A stretch of DNA of 64,000 nucleotides from a virus. Below, piece after piece: positions 47,414 through 56,536 of this stretch (its first letter is position 1; every line of letters begins with the position of its first letter). The stretch is taken from IMG/VR virus record IMGVR_UViG_3300036790_000198, positions 3,426 through 67,425 of that record. One strand, 5' to 3'. Made by a program: the position numbers and the translations under genes. The notes beneath the pieces were generated by a model. It ran no database searches and was not told the DNA's origin. It saw only the letters and a program-made list of their open reading frames with translations.

Positions 47414-47864
47414 TGTCGATCTCGATCGGGCCGCCGTCCGGCCCGCTGATCTCTTGCGAGACCTTCTCGCCGTACCTCTTGGCGTTCATCCGCGCGAGAC
47501 GCCACTTCATGGTGTCTACCCGAAGCCTGGAACGCTGAATGTGCTCTCCGTTGACGCGATAGCCGGCATTCTCTGGGTCGTTGACCGACATCCAGTCGTT
47601 GATGCCGTTGTCGGCCACTTCCTGGATGTCATCAAAGCCAAGCTCGGCTCTCGTTTCCTGTGCTATCGCGTACTGTGCGGAAAATTCGGGATGCTGCGCG
47701 CGCCACAATGAAATAGTAGACGCGCAAGGCATTGATTCGTCGCGGCATATTGACCGTAGCGACTCTCCCTCAACCATCCGCTCGCAGAATCGAGTCGCAA
47801 GCTCGGTGGTATAAAGGCTCGGCCTGCCGACTGAACGGCTTGCCGGCCGCTCAGTGTCGGTCAT
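47295..47864 (-). CDS. terS: Terminase small subunit
   Basis: GRPSLYT.E...GESLRSIC...P, RSRLRVDTMKW...K.YG.K..QEISGPDGGPI. Confidence 0.88.
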   Translation of the reverse strand: MTDTERPASRSVGRPSLYTTELATRFCERMVEGESLRSICRDESMPCASTISLWRAQHPEFSAQYAIAQETRAELGFDDIQEVADNGINDWMSVNDPENAGYRVNGEHIQRSRLRVDTMKWRLARMNAKRYGEKVSQEISGPDGGPIEIDNARERNLALLQSVSSRIAGGAAAGAARASSEPADSTGST

Positions 47865-48131
47865 GGGAATCTCCGGATTATGTGCTCGGTCTGTTGAAAC
47901 GAAAATCAATGCCCCTCGCCGGCAGGCCCACTGGCTTTTCTAGGATGGAGCCGCAAGCCCGCGTATGCCTCGGCCGCACAACCGTAGGCGCCGTGTCAGG
48001 GGCGCTCGCTCGTCACGGGAAGCGCAGGCAATGCATCGTATGGGGCGGACCCTGATCCAGGACCACTGGTAGGCGTAAGCCTTTACGGCCCAACCGCCTC
48101 GGCAAGCGATATTTATACGTCCACGAAGCGC

Positions 48132-48344
48132 TCACCCATGCTCCCACCACCGCACCGCCCGGCAGACTTGGTGAATCGCGAACGTCACGAGGAGTCCGAC
48201 GAACCAGTGCACCGTACTCATGTCCGGCTCGCCGAACGAATACACCATGCCGAGGAGGCTGACGAGAAAGGCGCTACCGGTGAGCGCAAGCGCCAGTTTC
48301 AGCGGCTTGCTGGTGAGTTCGATCTGGGTGATTTCGCGGCTCAT
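48132..48344 (-). CDS. Small 2-TM membrane protein, first late gene
   Basis: TQIELTSK.LK, two TM segments, RWWEHG. Confidence 0.6.
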   Translation of the reverse strand: MSREITQIELTSKPLKLALALTGSAFLVSLLGMVYSFGEPDMSTVHWFVGLLVTFAIHQVCRAVRWWEHG

Positions 48345-48457
48345 CGGCTTATTTTGGGCGCGCGCAGAGGACGGAGCAGTCGGGGTGCATGCTGGCAGCC
48401 TTCAAGGGGCTGGCGTTCAAGATTGTCGGGCCTCACAGACAAGCCCATAAGCGCGAA

Positions 48458-48486
48458 ACGCTAAGCCACAGCCGCGGGTTTGTCAA
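48458..48486 (-). promoter_or_regulatory. Late promoter (pR'-like)
   Basis: TTGACA-N17-TAGCGT on minus strand, overlapping the stop of the Q-like gene and pointing into terS. Confidence 0.7.
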
Positions 48487-49214
48487 GCACCCTCCTTCGC
48501 GTGTGATGTCGCAACGTCCTCGCCTTCGTGCAGGTAGTCGTAAATCCGGTGATCGATGTAGCCGCGCGCGCGGGCCAACCATCGCTCATACCGCCCCTGG
48601 GTCGCCGTGTACGGACTCATGAGCTTGGCCCGCCAGACCTCCTCGGTAACGCCGAGGTAGATCGCGTAGAGCCCGGGAATGCGCGTAAAGATGGGCTGAC
48701 ACCAGTCATGCACCAGGACCAACTGGCAAAGCTCATCGCCGTAGTGTGTCGGTTCGCCAGAGAGGCCGACAATCTGCACTGGCCAGCGGTCGGTTTCAGC
48801 GAGCTCGGCCATGGCACGGCGCAACGTGCGGTGGAGATCCTCGTACACCGAGCCATCAAGGCCGAAGCTGTACATGGCGGCAAGGTAGGCGGGCCCCTCA
48901 AGTCCTCCCTGTGGTGGCCGGCCTGGCTCGCGGATCTGCCCCGCCAGTGCTTGGCCTAATTCCGCGTGCGAATGGAGCCTGGGACGCGCCACCCGACTCT
49001 GCTTGCCCTTGACGCTCTCGGGGAGACGTTCGCGGTTCTCATGGCGCTCGCGTTTCTCGCGCTCTTCCGGGGTGTCGAGACCGGCTAGCGCGCGCATGAG
49101 TTGGCGGCGCCGGGGAGCGCCGGGACCGTAGAGGGCAGCAGATTCTCCGGCGGCTTGTTTGAGATCGATGCCGTGAGCGCTTGCGGCGGAGAAGAGGCGC
49201 TCGATTGCTTTCAT
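48483..49214 (-). CDS. Putative late-gene regulator (Q-like, by position)
   Basis: Last early gene before the late promoter; helical C-terminus with HTH-like YAIYLGVTEEVW. Confidence 0.5.
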   Translation of the reverse strand: MKAIERLFSAASAHGIDLKQAAGESAALYGPGAPRRRQLMRALAGLDTPEEREKRERHENRERLPESVKGKQSRVARPRLHSHAELGQALAGQIREPGRPPQGGLEGPAYLAAMYSFGLDGSVYEDLHRTLRRAMAELAETDRWPVQIVGLSGEPTHYGDELCQLVLVHDWCQPIFTRIPGLYAIYLGVTEEVWRAKLMSPYTATQGRYERWLARARGYIDHRIYDYLHEGEDVATSHAKEGA

Positions 49215-49516
49215 GGTGTGCGATTGCTCCGGAAGTTTTTGATAAGAGCCTGCGGCAAGTGAGCTGTGTAATATTCAGCCGCGCGCTCATCACGCTTGCG
49301 TCTGGCAGAATCGTGCGCTCTGTGCTCCGGACAACAGTAATTACGCTGCGCCGGGCCACCATTTGGGTTTTTCTTTGGGACGAACGATTCACCACACCAT
49401 TTGCAGCGAAGGAGATTGCCGCCCCCAAGCGGTTGCTCGCTGATACGGCCCGCTACGCGCTGGCGCCCCATCAACTCTACGATTCCCCATGCCTCAAACT
49501 TCTCAGCCATGTTCAT
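49211..49516 (-). CDS. Hypothetical protein with Zn ribbon
   Basis: W.IVELMG..RVAG, CKWCG...YCCPEH. Confidence 0.6.
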   Translation of the reverse strand: MNMAEKFEAWGIVELMGRQRVAGRISEQPLGGGNLLRCKWCGESFVPKKNPNGGPAQRNYCCPEHRAHDSARRKRDERAAEYYTAHLPQALIKNFRSNRTP

Positions 49517-49847
49517 TTCTCCGATGATTCGCAATCTCAAGCAGGACGGCCGCATGGCATATGTCAGGCTCGCCAGGTTTCGGGAGCGGACACCAGCACG
49601 CGAGATTCTTGCCGCCCAGATCCGCTCGTAGCCGGTCGTCGGTAAAGACGAAATATCGGTTGTTCAGTCCATTGAACTGCCGCCGTAGTAGCGCGCGAAA
49701 CAGTCGCACGGCAGTCTCGGCATCGGGCACGCCCTCATCGTCGATCCTGTACGGATTGCCCCAGCGGCTCTGGCGACTCACGATGATGGTGTTCGGCGGC
49801 TTACGCCAGCCCTTAGCCCGACGTAACTGAATGCGCTCGGGTTTCAT
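49503..49847 (-). CDS. DUF4326-family protein
   Basis: RIQLRR.KGWR.P, SRWGNPY, L.GKNLACWC, CHA.VL. Confidence 0.8.
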   Translation of the reverse strand: MKPERIQLRRAKGWRKPPNTIIVSRQSRWGNPYRIDDEGVPDAETAVRLFRALLRRQFNGLNNRYFVFTDDRLRADLGGKNLACWCPLPKPGEPDICHAAVLLEIANHRRNEHG

Positions 49848-50347
49848 CGCGGCGGCCAAATCGTCACAGTAATTCCGTATCTGGCATTGAGCTGTTTCAG
49901 TTTGTTGATTTTCGTCTGCGTCAATTTCCCCGTCGCATCGATGAGTTCGATGTAGGGCGGACCGGCCAGTGCGGCGAGAAAATCGACTCTGTACACGATT
50001 CCACCTTCGAGACGAAACGGCACTTGTCGCGTTACCCAAAGAATCTCTCCAGCCGCGCGTCGCAGCTCGAGCCATTGCCAGCAGCGAGCCTCCAGGCGAC
50101 TGTCAAAGCGAACGCCGTCGGCCACGATGGGATCGTTGTGGTACTTCCTGGCCTCACCTCGTGGCTTGAGAGCGGCGCTCTGCGTTGACCCGCCATCGGT
50201 GTATGGTGTTGCGGCCCCCATCGGCGCCACCATGCCGGCGGGGAGTTTTGCGAGGTCTAATGAAGTCCAGCGTTTCATAACAGCGGTTGAGATTCTAACA
50301 TCATCACTGCGTATCATTTCAGAGTCTCTCTTCTCAGTACCATGCAC
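49844..50347 (-). CDS. DUF1064-like PD-(D/E)XK nuclease
   Basis: KYHN...DG.RFDSRLEAR, RQVPF.L, YRVDF; start uncertain. Confidence 0.75.
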   Translation of the reverse strand: MHGTEKRDSEMIRSDDVRISTAVMKRWTSLDLAKLPAGMVAPMGAATPYTDGGSTQSAALKPRGEARKYHNDPIVADGVRFDSRLEARCWQWLELRRAAGEILWVTRQVPFRLEGGIVYRVDFLAALAGPPYIELIDATGKLTQTKINKLKQLNARYGITVTIWPPR

Positions 50348-50536
50348 CCGGAGGGTTCCGAATAAGACCCCCTAACCCCCAGCGAGATTTTCGCTGAAAG
50401 CCGGGGGCCTTCGGTTCTGCACCCATCAGGCCCTTACGGGATACCCAGACGTTATTTCAGTTCGCGTCCGGGTCACCCGACAGACCCCACGAACCGACAG
50501 ATTTGATAACGCGCCGTGTCGAGGGCGCGCAGAACA

Positions 50537-51373
50537 TCAACTCGCTTGGCGAAGACATTCCACGACATGAATCAGTCCGAGACGCTGATGCATGTCGTTG
50601 AAGTCCTCTGAAATTTCAGGCGGCATTACCCACCGAAGTCCTGTTGCTTTTGCTGCTTGCTCGCCGGCCTTCGAGACATCGTTATCTGCGCACACGATCG
50701 CCTCGGAGAACTGCGGCGCGACGGCGGTGAGGTTTGCGGCGCTGAAACAGACCACAATCATCCATGGACCTGGCAGGAGATCGAATGCAGCCTTGAGCGT
50801 CAATCCCGTCGCGTAGCCCTCACAGAGCGCCGTACGGCGGGCTCGGGGAGGTCCCAGTCGATGGATGCCCCCTTTCGTGCGCCCGCCCGTCAGAAACCGT
50901 TTGGTGCCGTCCTGGGCGATAGTCTGCATGCTGATGAGGCGCGAGTAATCCTCCGCAGCGCGGATCGGAATGAGGAGGAGTCCGTCATGGACGAGGCCCA
51001 ATGTGTGCTTGAAGCCTTTGCTCGTGAGATAGGGGTGCGTATTCGCTTTGGCCGCGCAGAGCATGCGCATCGCTTCCCGTTCAACGGTCTTTGCCCGTCG
51101 CGCTTGTTCACGGGCAAACTGTTTCTCGCGTTCTCTTGCCTCTCGCAGGAGCTGCCGCGATTCGGCATCGTCCCGGTGAGTCTCGTCGTGCCAGAGAGCA
51201 GAAAGATTGCTCGACCAGTCGCCATAGAGTGCAAGCGTCGGGCTGATGACTCGGCACCAACCGGAACGGTTGGATCTGCCTTTCCCGATGCCGGGGAAGC
51301 GCAGCCAGCGGCCGGGCGTGAATTCTTTTGGCGGCGTCATACCGGCGGCGAGCAGGGTTTCCTGCAGCGTCAA
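50537..51373 (-). CDS. Toprim-domain DNA primase
   Basis: HPYL..KG, CEGYATG, CADND, DFND. Confidence 0.88.
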   Translation of the reverse strand: MTLQETLLAAGMTPPKEFTPGRWLRFPGIGKGRSNRSGWCRVISPTLALYGDWSSNLSALWHDETHRDDAESRQLLREAREREKQFAREQARRAKTVEREAMRMLCAAKANTHPYLTSKGFKHTLGLVHDGLLLIPIRAAEDYSRLISMQTIAQDGTKRFLTGGRTKGGIHRLGPPRARRTALCEGYATGLTLKAAFDLLPGPWMIVVCFSAANLTAVAPQFSEAIVCADNDVSKAGEQAAKATGLRWVMPPEISEDFNDMHQRLGLIHVVECLRQAS

Positions 51374-52911
51374 GCGGACGCTCTTTTGCGAAATGCGATA
51401 TTGAGCGAGCGCACCTTATTTTCGGTCGCGCGAGTCGGGACCTCGGCCTGTGTGAAATCGAAGATCCAATCACGCTGCGGCCAATCTCCGGTTATATCCT
51501 TGAAAAGGTGCGATGCCCGTCCCTGCGGTTTCTTGGATGTCTTGGCAATCCAACACAGTTGTCGCCAAAGATGGTGGGAGTCGTGGGCAGCGACTTGCTT
51601 GCCGATCTTGATTTCGAGCATCTCGCCGGCTGATTCGGCGGCATTCGCCCGCGTCTGTTTCTCAAACCCGCAGGACATGCACCGACGAGTGAAGGGTTGA
51701 AATCCGCACTGCGGACAGCCGTGAGACTCGCTGCCCTCCTCGTCCTTCCTGATGACCTTATCGAGCTTCTCGGCCATATCGAGCGTAGCGAATCCTTCAT
51801 GATAGACGCGTTCGAAATCTTCGCGGAATCGCCTAAAATTTCCACTGTGATCGAGAAAAATGCAGTTGACCTTTCCGGTTTCCGGCGAGCACCTAAGTCC
51901 TCGTCCCCACATCTGGATAGCAGTCGAAAGCGACTTTCGTAATGGCCGAGCGTCAATCACGCATCCGATATCCTGGACATCAAAGCCCTTAGCTAACGCC
52001 TCCACTGACACCAGAACGCGAATCTGAGAATCTGGCTTACGGAATTCCCGGAGCAATTCCTGTCGTTCCGCATCCTTGGTCTCACTTGTATAGCTTGATG
52101 CGAAGATGCCGGCTTGGTTGAAACGGCCGACCAACTCTGTGCAGTAGGCAATGTCGGGACCAAATGAGATGGTCTTTCGACCCTCCCCATGTTTGACCCA
52201 TTCCGCTACTACATCGCCAATGATCTGCAGCTCTCGCTCGGAAGCTGCGCCAGCAGCCCATTCGCCATTGCTATTCGTCTTGGCGTCCGCCATGTCCGGC
52301 GTAACGCAGGTGAGAATGTGCATCGGAACGAGAATGCCCTGATCGGTCAATTCCTTCATGGTGGCCGCATTCACCATGTGATCGAAATAGAGCCCCAGTC
52401 CCTTGGTGCAGGGTGTCGCAGTAAGGCCGACAACGGCAACTCCAGGATGCAGACCAGACAATTTCTCTTTTGTAGCTGTGAATTGTGTATGCGCCTCATC
52501 GATCACGATCACATCGGCCGGCGGCCAATACCCGCGCGCCTGGATTGTCTGAATCGAGCAGATTTGAAACGGCAGCGCATTGTTTCGGCGAGGATGATTC
52601 GCCTGGATCACGCCATGCTCCGTGAGGCCATACTCATCCGCCCGGGCGGACGTCTGGTCAATCAATGCCGTACGATCACAGACAAAGATGGCGGTTTTGT
52701 TCTTCTTCAGCGCCTCATTAATGACGCGTAAACCGAGGAACGTTTTGCCAGCGCCAGTGGGCGCCACGAGCAACTGTCGAAAATGGCGTGCGCGCAGCCC
52801 TTCTCGGAGCTTCTCATGGGCGGTTTCCTGAAACGGACGTGGCGCCGGAAAGCATGCGCTGACGGCGCGAAGTCCTTCATACCCAAACATCGAAGACGGC
52901 TGCGCGTTCAC
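51370..52911 (-). CDS. SF2 DEAH helicase with Zn ribbon
   Basis: APTGAGKT, DEAH, GLTATP, QMWGRGLR, CPQC/CMSC. Confidence 0.92.
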   Translation of the reverse strand: MNAQPSSMFGYEGLRAVSACFPAPRPFQETAHEKLREGLRARHFRQLLVAPTGAGKTFLGLRVINEALKKNKTAIFVCDRTALIDQTSARADEYGLTEHGVIQANHPRRNNALPFQICSIQTIQARGYWPPADVIVIDEAHTQFTATKEKLSGLHPGVAVVGLTATPCTKGLGLYFDHMVNAATMKELTDQGILVPMHILTCVTPDMADAKTNSNGEWAAGAASERELQIIGDVVAEWVKHGEGRKTISFGPDIAYCTELVGRFNQAGIFASSYTSETKDAERQELLREFRKPDSQIRVLVSVEALAKGFDVQDIGCVIDARPLRKSLSTAIQMWGRGLRCSPETGKVNCIFLDHSGNFRRFREDFERVYHEGFATLDMAEKLDKVIRKDEEGSESHGCPQCGFQPFTRRCMSCGFEKQTRANAAESAGEMLEIKIGKQVAAHDSHHLWRQLCWIAKTSKKPQGRASHLFKDITGDWPQRDWIFDFTQAEVPTRATENKVRSLNIAFRKRASA

Positions 52912-53654
52912 GCGGCTTTCTTTCCCAACTGTTTCTCGAGTTCCGCGACGCGCTTTTCAAGTCTTGCAGTCTTCCGCTGCTCGCTCGCCAACAGCTTCTC
53001 CACGGAAGCTTTGCCATTCATGAAACCATTTCGGCTCACTTTAAGAGCCGCAATCTCGGCCGCCTGGCGCTTGATTTCAGCAGCGGCGGCGGCTAACTTG
53101 TCATCGGCTCCCAACACTTTGGCGAGTGAGGCTTCGCGCTCCTTCGCGGCGAGTTCGAGGACGGCTTCCTCGTTATCGTCGGGCTCTGAGCCGTCCGATT
53201 CTGGTTCCGGCTTCGCGGTGGCGGCCTTGAGCTGTTCGGCCTTTGGAAGATCAACGACGGCGGCAGCTTTTTCTGGGGTGCGCTGCCCGATGGTCTGCGC
53301 GTCCGACTTTTGGGTATCTTTTTCTTTCTTATCAGTGGCTTGCGGACCCGCCCGGCCAGGCGGATTGTTAGGTTGTCGGGGTGTGGCAAGCTTCAAAAGC
53401 GCTTCGCCGATGCTCTTTGCCTCGATCTGTGGCTGCCGCGCAATCTGCATATATTTCTGCGCAGTACGTTCGGCGATTGCCGAGCAATTCTCCGACATCC
53501 ATGTGAGCCATTTCCCCTCGCATCGCTCCCGAGCTTCTAGTAGCAACTTCCCCGCTGCTCGGGCGTGTCCAATGGCGGACTCTGCATTGGTCAATGCAGC
53601 CTCGTGTTCGCGAAGAATCCGGCCGGCCAATGATTCGAGAGAAGGGAGGCTCAC
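52908..53654 (-). CDS. DUF3102-like protein with coiled coil
   Basis: AGKLLLEA...G.W..W...ERTAQKYMQIA. Confidence 0.75.
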   Translation of the reverse strand: MSLPSLESLAGRILREHEAALTNAESAIGHARAAGKLLLEARERCEGKWLTWMSENCSAIAERTAQKYMQIARQPQIEAKSIGEALLKLATPRQPNNPPGRAGPQATDKKEKDTQKSDAQTIGQRTPEKAAAVVDLPKAEQLKAATAKPEPESDGSEPDDNEEAVLELAAKEREASLAKVLGADDKLAAAAAEIKRQAAEIAALKVSRNGFMNGKASVEKLLASEQRKTARLEKRVAELEKQLGKKAA

Positions 53655-54205
53655 GTTGATTTCCTTTCTCGGACATATTGGAGAATGTCGCTATGGGCAT
53701 GGAACCATTCTCGGCTCGCACGATGGACAGCGAAGCGCCGATGTAGCTCGCTTTCCAGCTTTTGCGGACCCGGGACGGTTCCGATCAACTCAATCTCGTA
53801 GGGACAGCCAGTTTTGAGATCAGCGATACGTGCCTGCGGCGGTCCGGCGGTGAAACCGATTTTCACGAATGGACCTGCCTTCAGGAAATACACCAATGGG
53901 AGCTTGGAACGGTGTTGCGGCAACTGCTTCAGCGCATCCTCCTCTGCGAGATCTGCCATCCATTGGGCTGGTGTTGGTGGAACATGCCAATGCTCGCTCA
54001 GGACGTAAGCCACAAACGCCTTGCGGGCCGGGCGCTTGAATGATTCGAGTCCTTTGGCGCTCGTTCTATCGCAATGCCAATAACCGGGATGCTGACTAGA
54101 GGGCCAGACCCTAATTAGTTGAAAAGCCATTCCTCGCGCCCGATATGTCATCTCGGAGTTGCAGAAGATATGGTCATACTCAGGGCGCGCGGCTAACGGG
54201 TTCAT
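53651..54205 (-). CDS. GIY-YIG (T5orf172-like) domain protein
   Basis: VYFL...VKIGFT...RI..L.TG.P...E..LH.RF...EWF. Confidence 0.8.
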   Translation of the reverse strand: MNPLAARPEYDHIFCNSEMTYRARGMAFQLIRVWPSSQHPGYWHCDRTSAKGLESFKRPARKAFVAYVLSEHWHVPPTPAQWMADLAEEDALKQLPQHRSKLPLVYFLKAGPFVKIGFTAGPPQARIADLKTGCPYEIELIGTVPGPQKLESELHRRFAVHRASREWFHAHSDILQYVRERKST

Positions 54206-54444
54206 GATGTTTTCTTTCTCCGCTGAAACTCACCGCACCGAAAAGGCACAAACGGCCACGCCTCGATTTGATGGTGGGCACAATGCCCCAGCCCTGAAGG
54301 CTCAGGCCCGAATGCAAATTGGTTACACTGAAAGCACACGACGAGCGCGCCAGTCTGCAGGGCCTGTTGGAAGTCGCGAAGGAATGGCATGGCCGAATCC
54401 TTCGCGCTTTGAATGCGAGCGGCTTTAGCGGTGGGCGCAATCAA
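54202..54444 (-). CDS. Cys-rich hypothetical protein
   Basis: CFQC..F...C...C. Confidence 0.55.
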   Translation of the reverse strand: MIAPTAKAARIQSAKDSAMPFLRDFQQALQTGALVVCFQCNQFAFGPEPSGLGHCAHHQIEAWPFVPFRCGEFQRRKKTS

Positions 54445-54647
54445 CGTGCGAGCCTCATCACTCGCTCCATCCGCCTCACAGTATCCGGCGTCCTCTCCCC
54501 CACCAACGTCGCCATCAGCTTAAAGGCCTGCTGCCGCGCCTCCCGGGAATGACGCGGATCGATGCCGATTCGCCGGCAGACCTCGATCCGCTCCTCGAGC
54601 TCGAAAACTTGGGGAGCGGGAATAAGTCCAAGCGCTTGAGTGTTCAT
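54441..54647 (-). CDS. Hypothetical protein
   Basis: 68 aa; overlapping chain. Confidence 0.6.
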   Translation of the reverse strand: MNTQALGLIPAPQVFELEERIEVCRRIGIDPRHSREARQQAFKLMATLVGERTPDTVRRMERVMRLAR

Positions 54648-54750
54648 CTATGTCCCTTCCGCCAACACGTATGGCAAAATCTAGGGCAAATTCCGTGGCC
54701 TTCGGGCCAGTAGTAGGCATGCCAGCGAGCAAACGCGAAGTCGGCGCCGT

Positions 54751-54882
54751 TCACTTCAGCACCCATCCGCAGACGATCCACGCGATGAGCGCGGCGATGG
54801 TGATCACCATCCAAACGCGCTGGCTTTTGGACAGCGCCGGCTCTTTGTGAAGAGCGGCATTGGGGTCGTGAAAATGCTTCAT
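54751..54882 (-). CDS. Small single-TM protein
   Basis: GGAGG RBS; VWMVITIAALIAWIVCGW. Confidence 0.55.
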   Translation of the reverse strand: MKHFHDPNAALHKEPALSKSQRVWMVITIAALIAWIVCGWVLK

Positions 54883-55073
54883 GCCATCCTCCGAATCGAG
54901 GTGATTCCGTGAGCGTGCGAGAGTGAGAATTTCCAGCCGCGCCGGTCGGCGTATTTGTGCGCCGCCTGCCGTACTCGCTCGTAGCCTTCGGCATCCCAGG
55001 AGCGCCACTCGATCGTCTCCCCGATGGTTTCGGGGAAGGTGTACTTTCTGGTACCGCTGTCGGAGTTGCCCAT
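54879..55073 (-). CDS. Small putative DNA-binding protein
   Basis: KY.F...R.AA..Y..R.G.KF...I.R.A pattern. Confidence 0.6.
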   Translation of the reverse strand: MGNSDSGTRKYTFPETIGETIEWRSWDAEGYERVRQAAHKYADRRGWKFSLSHAHGITSIRRMA

Positions 55074-55362
55074 CAGAACAATCTCGCGATCAGGTAAACG
55101 AGGCCGCTCAGACAGAGCAGCCCGAGGATGGTCCCGGCCAACGCCTCATCGGCGGTGAGGGGATGGCGTCTGTGATGCGGGAGCCCTGGAGCTCGGGGCC
55201 GCAACGTCAGCTCCTGCGCGGTGAGTTCGGAGCAGAAACGACGCTGCGGACTTTCGCTACGGGCTTGCGGGTGGAATAGAAACCCTGACCAGAATTTGCC
55301 GATCAGGTTGCGCCAGGACGCGAGGGGAATCGCGGAGCGGGGTAGCGCTCGAAAGCGGCGCG

Positions 55363-55403
55363 AAAGAGAAAGGCCGTCGGACACTGGCATGTCGCGACGG
55401 CCT
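55363..55403 (-). terminator. Intrinsic terminator (tR1-like)
   Basis: AGGCCGTCG...CGACGGCCT stem followed by TTCTCTTT. Confidence 0.6.
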
Positions 55404-55597
55404 GGTGTCTCCCTAGGATGGGATGACGAGGGAGACACAGGGAGGCTCGCAAGATTCGGACCTGCGTAGGATTTGCTATTTCGATACACCTTCGACCCAT
55501 CCTTTCCCGGTCGCAATGGACCGGGACCCGTCAAACGCGCCGTCCTGCCAGGGATCGGTGCGCCATCAAACTCACGCCCGTGCGGGGGCGCGGAAAA

Positions 55598-55849
55598 TCA
55601 ACTCAACCGCTGAGCGCGCTTCACGCGAAGTTTTCCACCCTTCGGGCGCGGCTTCGTTGCCGCCAACAGCTCGTCAGCAGTCAACTTCCGACCTCGCTTT
55701 TCTGCCGCAGCTATCACCGCCGGCCAAACATCAACAGGGATGCGTCCACAGTGAAGCCACTTTCGGGCGCGATCAAATGGCGCGCCAACTTCTCTGGCCA
55801 TCACCGTCACGCTCGGCCAAATCTGGAATATGTCCTGAATCGCTTGCAT
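55598..55849 (-). CDS. Cro-like HTH protein
   Basis: I..W.S...MA.EVG......KW...GRIP...W..VI.AA; divergent from repressor. Confidence 0.8.
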   Translation of the reverse strand: MQAIQDIFQIWPSVTVMAREVGAPFDRARKWLHCGRIPVDVWPAVIAAAEKRGRKLTADELLAATKPRPKGGKLRVKRAQRLS

Positions 55850-55865
55850 AGAACCCTTTTACAGC

Positions 55866-55922
55866 GGAATACTATTCCGGTCAAGTACCGGATTACCTCG
55901 CCAGTGACGGGAAACGTATTCC
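55866..55922. promoter_or_regulatory. OR-like operators
   Basis: GGAATACTATTCC 55866-55878 and GGAAACGTATTCC 55910-55922; minus-strand TTGACC-N17-TAAAAG brackets the first. Confidence 0.8.
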
Positions 55923-55939
55923 ATCTGACGCTTGGGGCC

Positions 55940-56296
55940 GTGAAGAAGCCGCCCTTGAAGCACCGCCCTCCGGGTACCCCGGGCCGAAAGCCTGGCGGCA
56001 TACCCGCGCCTCGCAGTGCGTTCAATCTCGAATTGGCCGCGCGCATCGCTCGCGCTCGTGAGCAGTACGGTGAGCGGCTTGGCCATCAAGTGACACAAGA
56101 AGAAATGGCGCGGCGCTTATCGCAGGCGGTCGGCTATAAAATCACGGCCGATAAGTACCGAAAGTACGAAGGCGGCCCGAAGCCATCGCCGATGCCTCAC
56201 GATCTGCTATTCCACTTCGCCGAGATCACCGGGGTAAGCACCGGAGTGCTCCTGGCCCCCCTCCCTTTTTCCGGGCAGCGATCCCGAGCCGCCTGA
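55940..56296 (+). CDS. CI-like XRE HTH repressor without S24 peptidase domain
   Basis: RIARARE...TQEEMARRL...YRKYE.G...P...L..FA..TGV; GTG start 55940 inferred. Confidence 0.78.
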   Translation: MKKPPLKHRPPGTPGRKPGGIPAPRSAFNLELAARIARAREQYGERLGHQVTQEEMARRLSQAVGYKITADKYRKYEGGPKPSPMPHDLLFHFAEITGVSTGVLLAPLPFSGQRSRAA

Positions 56297-56356
56297 ACTT
56301 TCCTCCGCCGAGGTCTTGAGACTGCTCGGTGCGTAAATTTCCGCTCGAATGCTAAC

Positions 56357-56398
56357 GGAAAACTTTTCCTTGACAGCAGGAAAAGTATTCCATAGACT
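56357..56398 (+). promoter_or_regulatory. pL-like promoter with two operators
   Basis: TTGACA 56370-56375, N17, TAGACT 56393-56398; GGAAAACTTTTCC 56357-56369 and GGAAAAGTATTCC 56379-56391. Confidence 0.88.
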
Positions 56399-56428
56399 TG
56401 CGCCCATTGATTCGGGAGGTCCAGTCAA

Positions 56429-56536
56429 ATGCACCAGCAGAAACGCGCACTCCGCGCCCGCCGCAAAGCGAAGGCGAATCGTCTCGCACGCCAAGGCGTG
56501 CCGAAGGCCGACAGCAAGTCAAAGGTGCTTCGATGA
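56429..56536 (+). CDS. 35-aa arginine-rich peptide (not in ORF track)
   Basis: GGAGG RBS; MHQQKRALRARRKAKANRLARQGVPKADSKSKVLR; ATGA overlap with next gene. Confidence 0.7.
   Translation: MHQQKRALRARRKAKANRLARQGVPKADSKSKVLR

Noticed and set aside
50405-50432. Hammerhead ribozyme (CUGAUG...GAA on minus strand)
   Set aside because: Core reads CUGAUGG and GAAG rather than CUGANGA and GAAA, and stem II is not formed
50657-53817. Long plus-strand ORFs (347 aa and 344 aa)
   Set aside because: Antisense shadows of the primase, helicase and DUF3102 genes in high-GC DNA
55073-55534. 153-aa ORF downstream of cro
   Set aside because: Runs through strong hairpins and a terminator; only the hydrophobic C-terminus looks coding and no start could be supported
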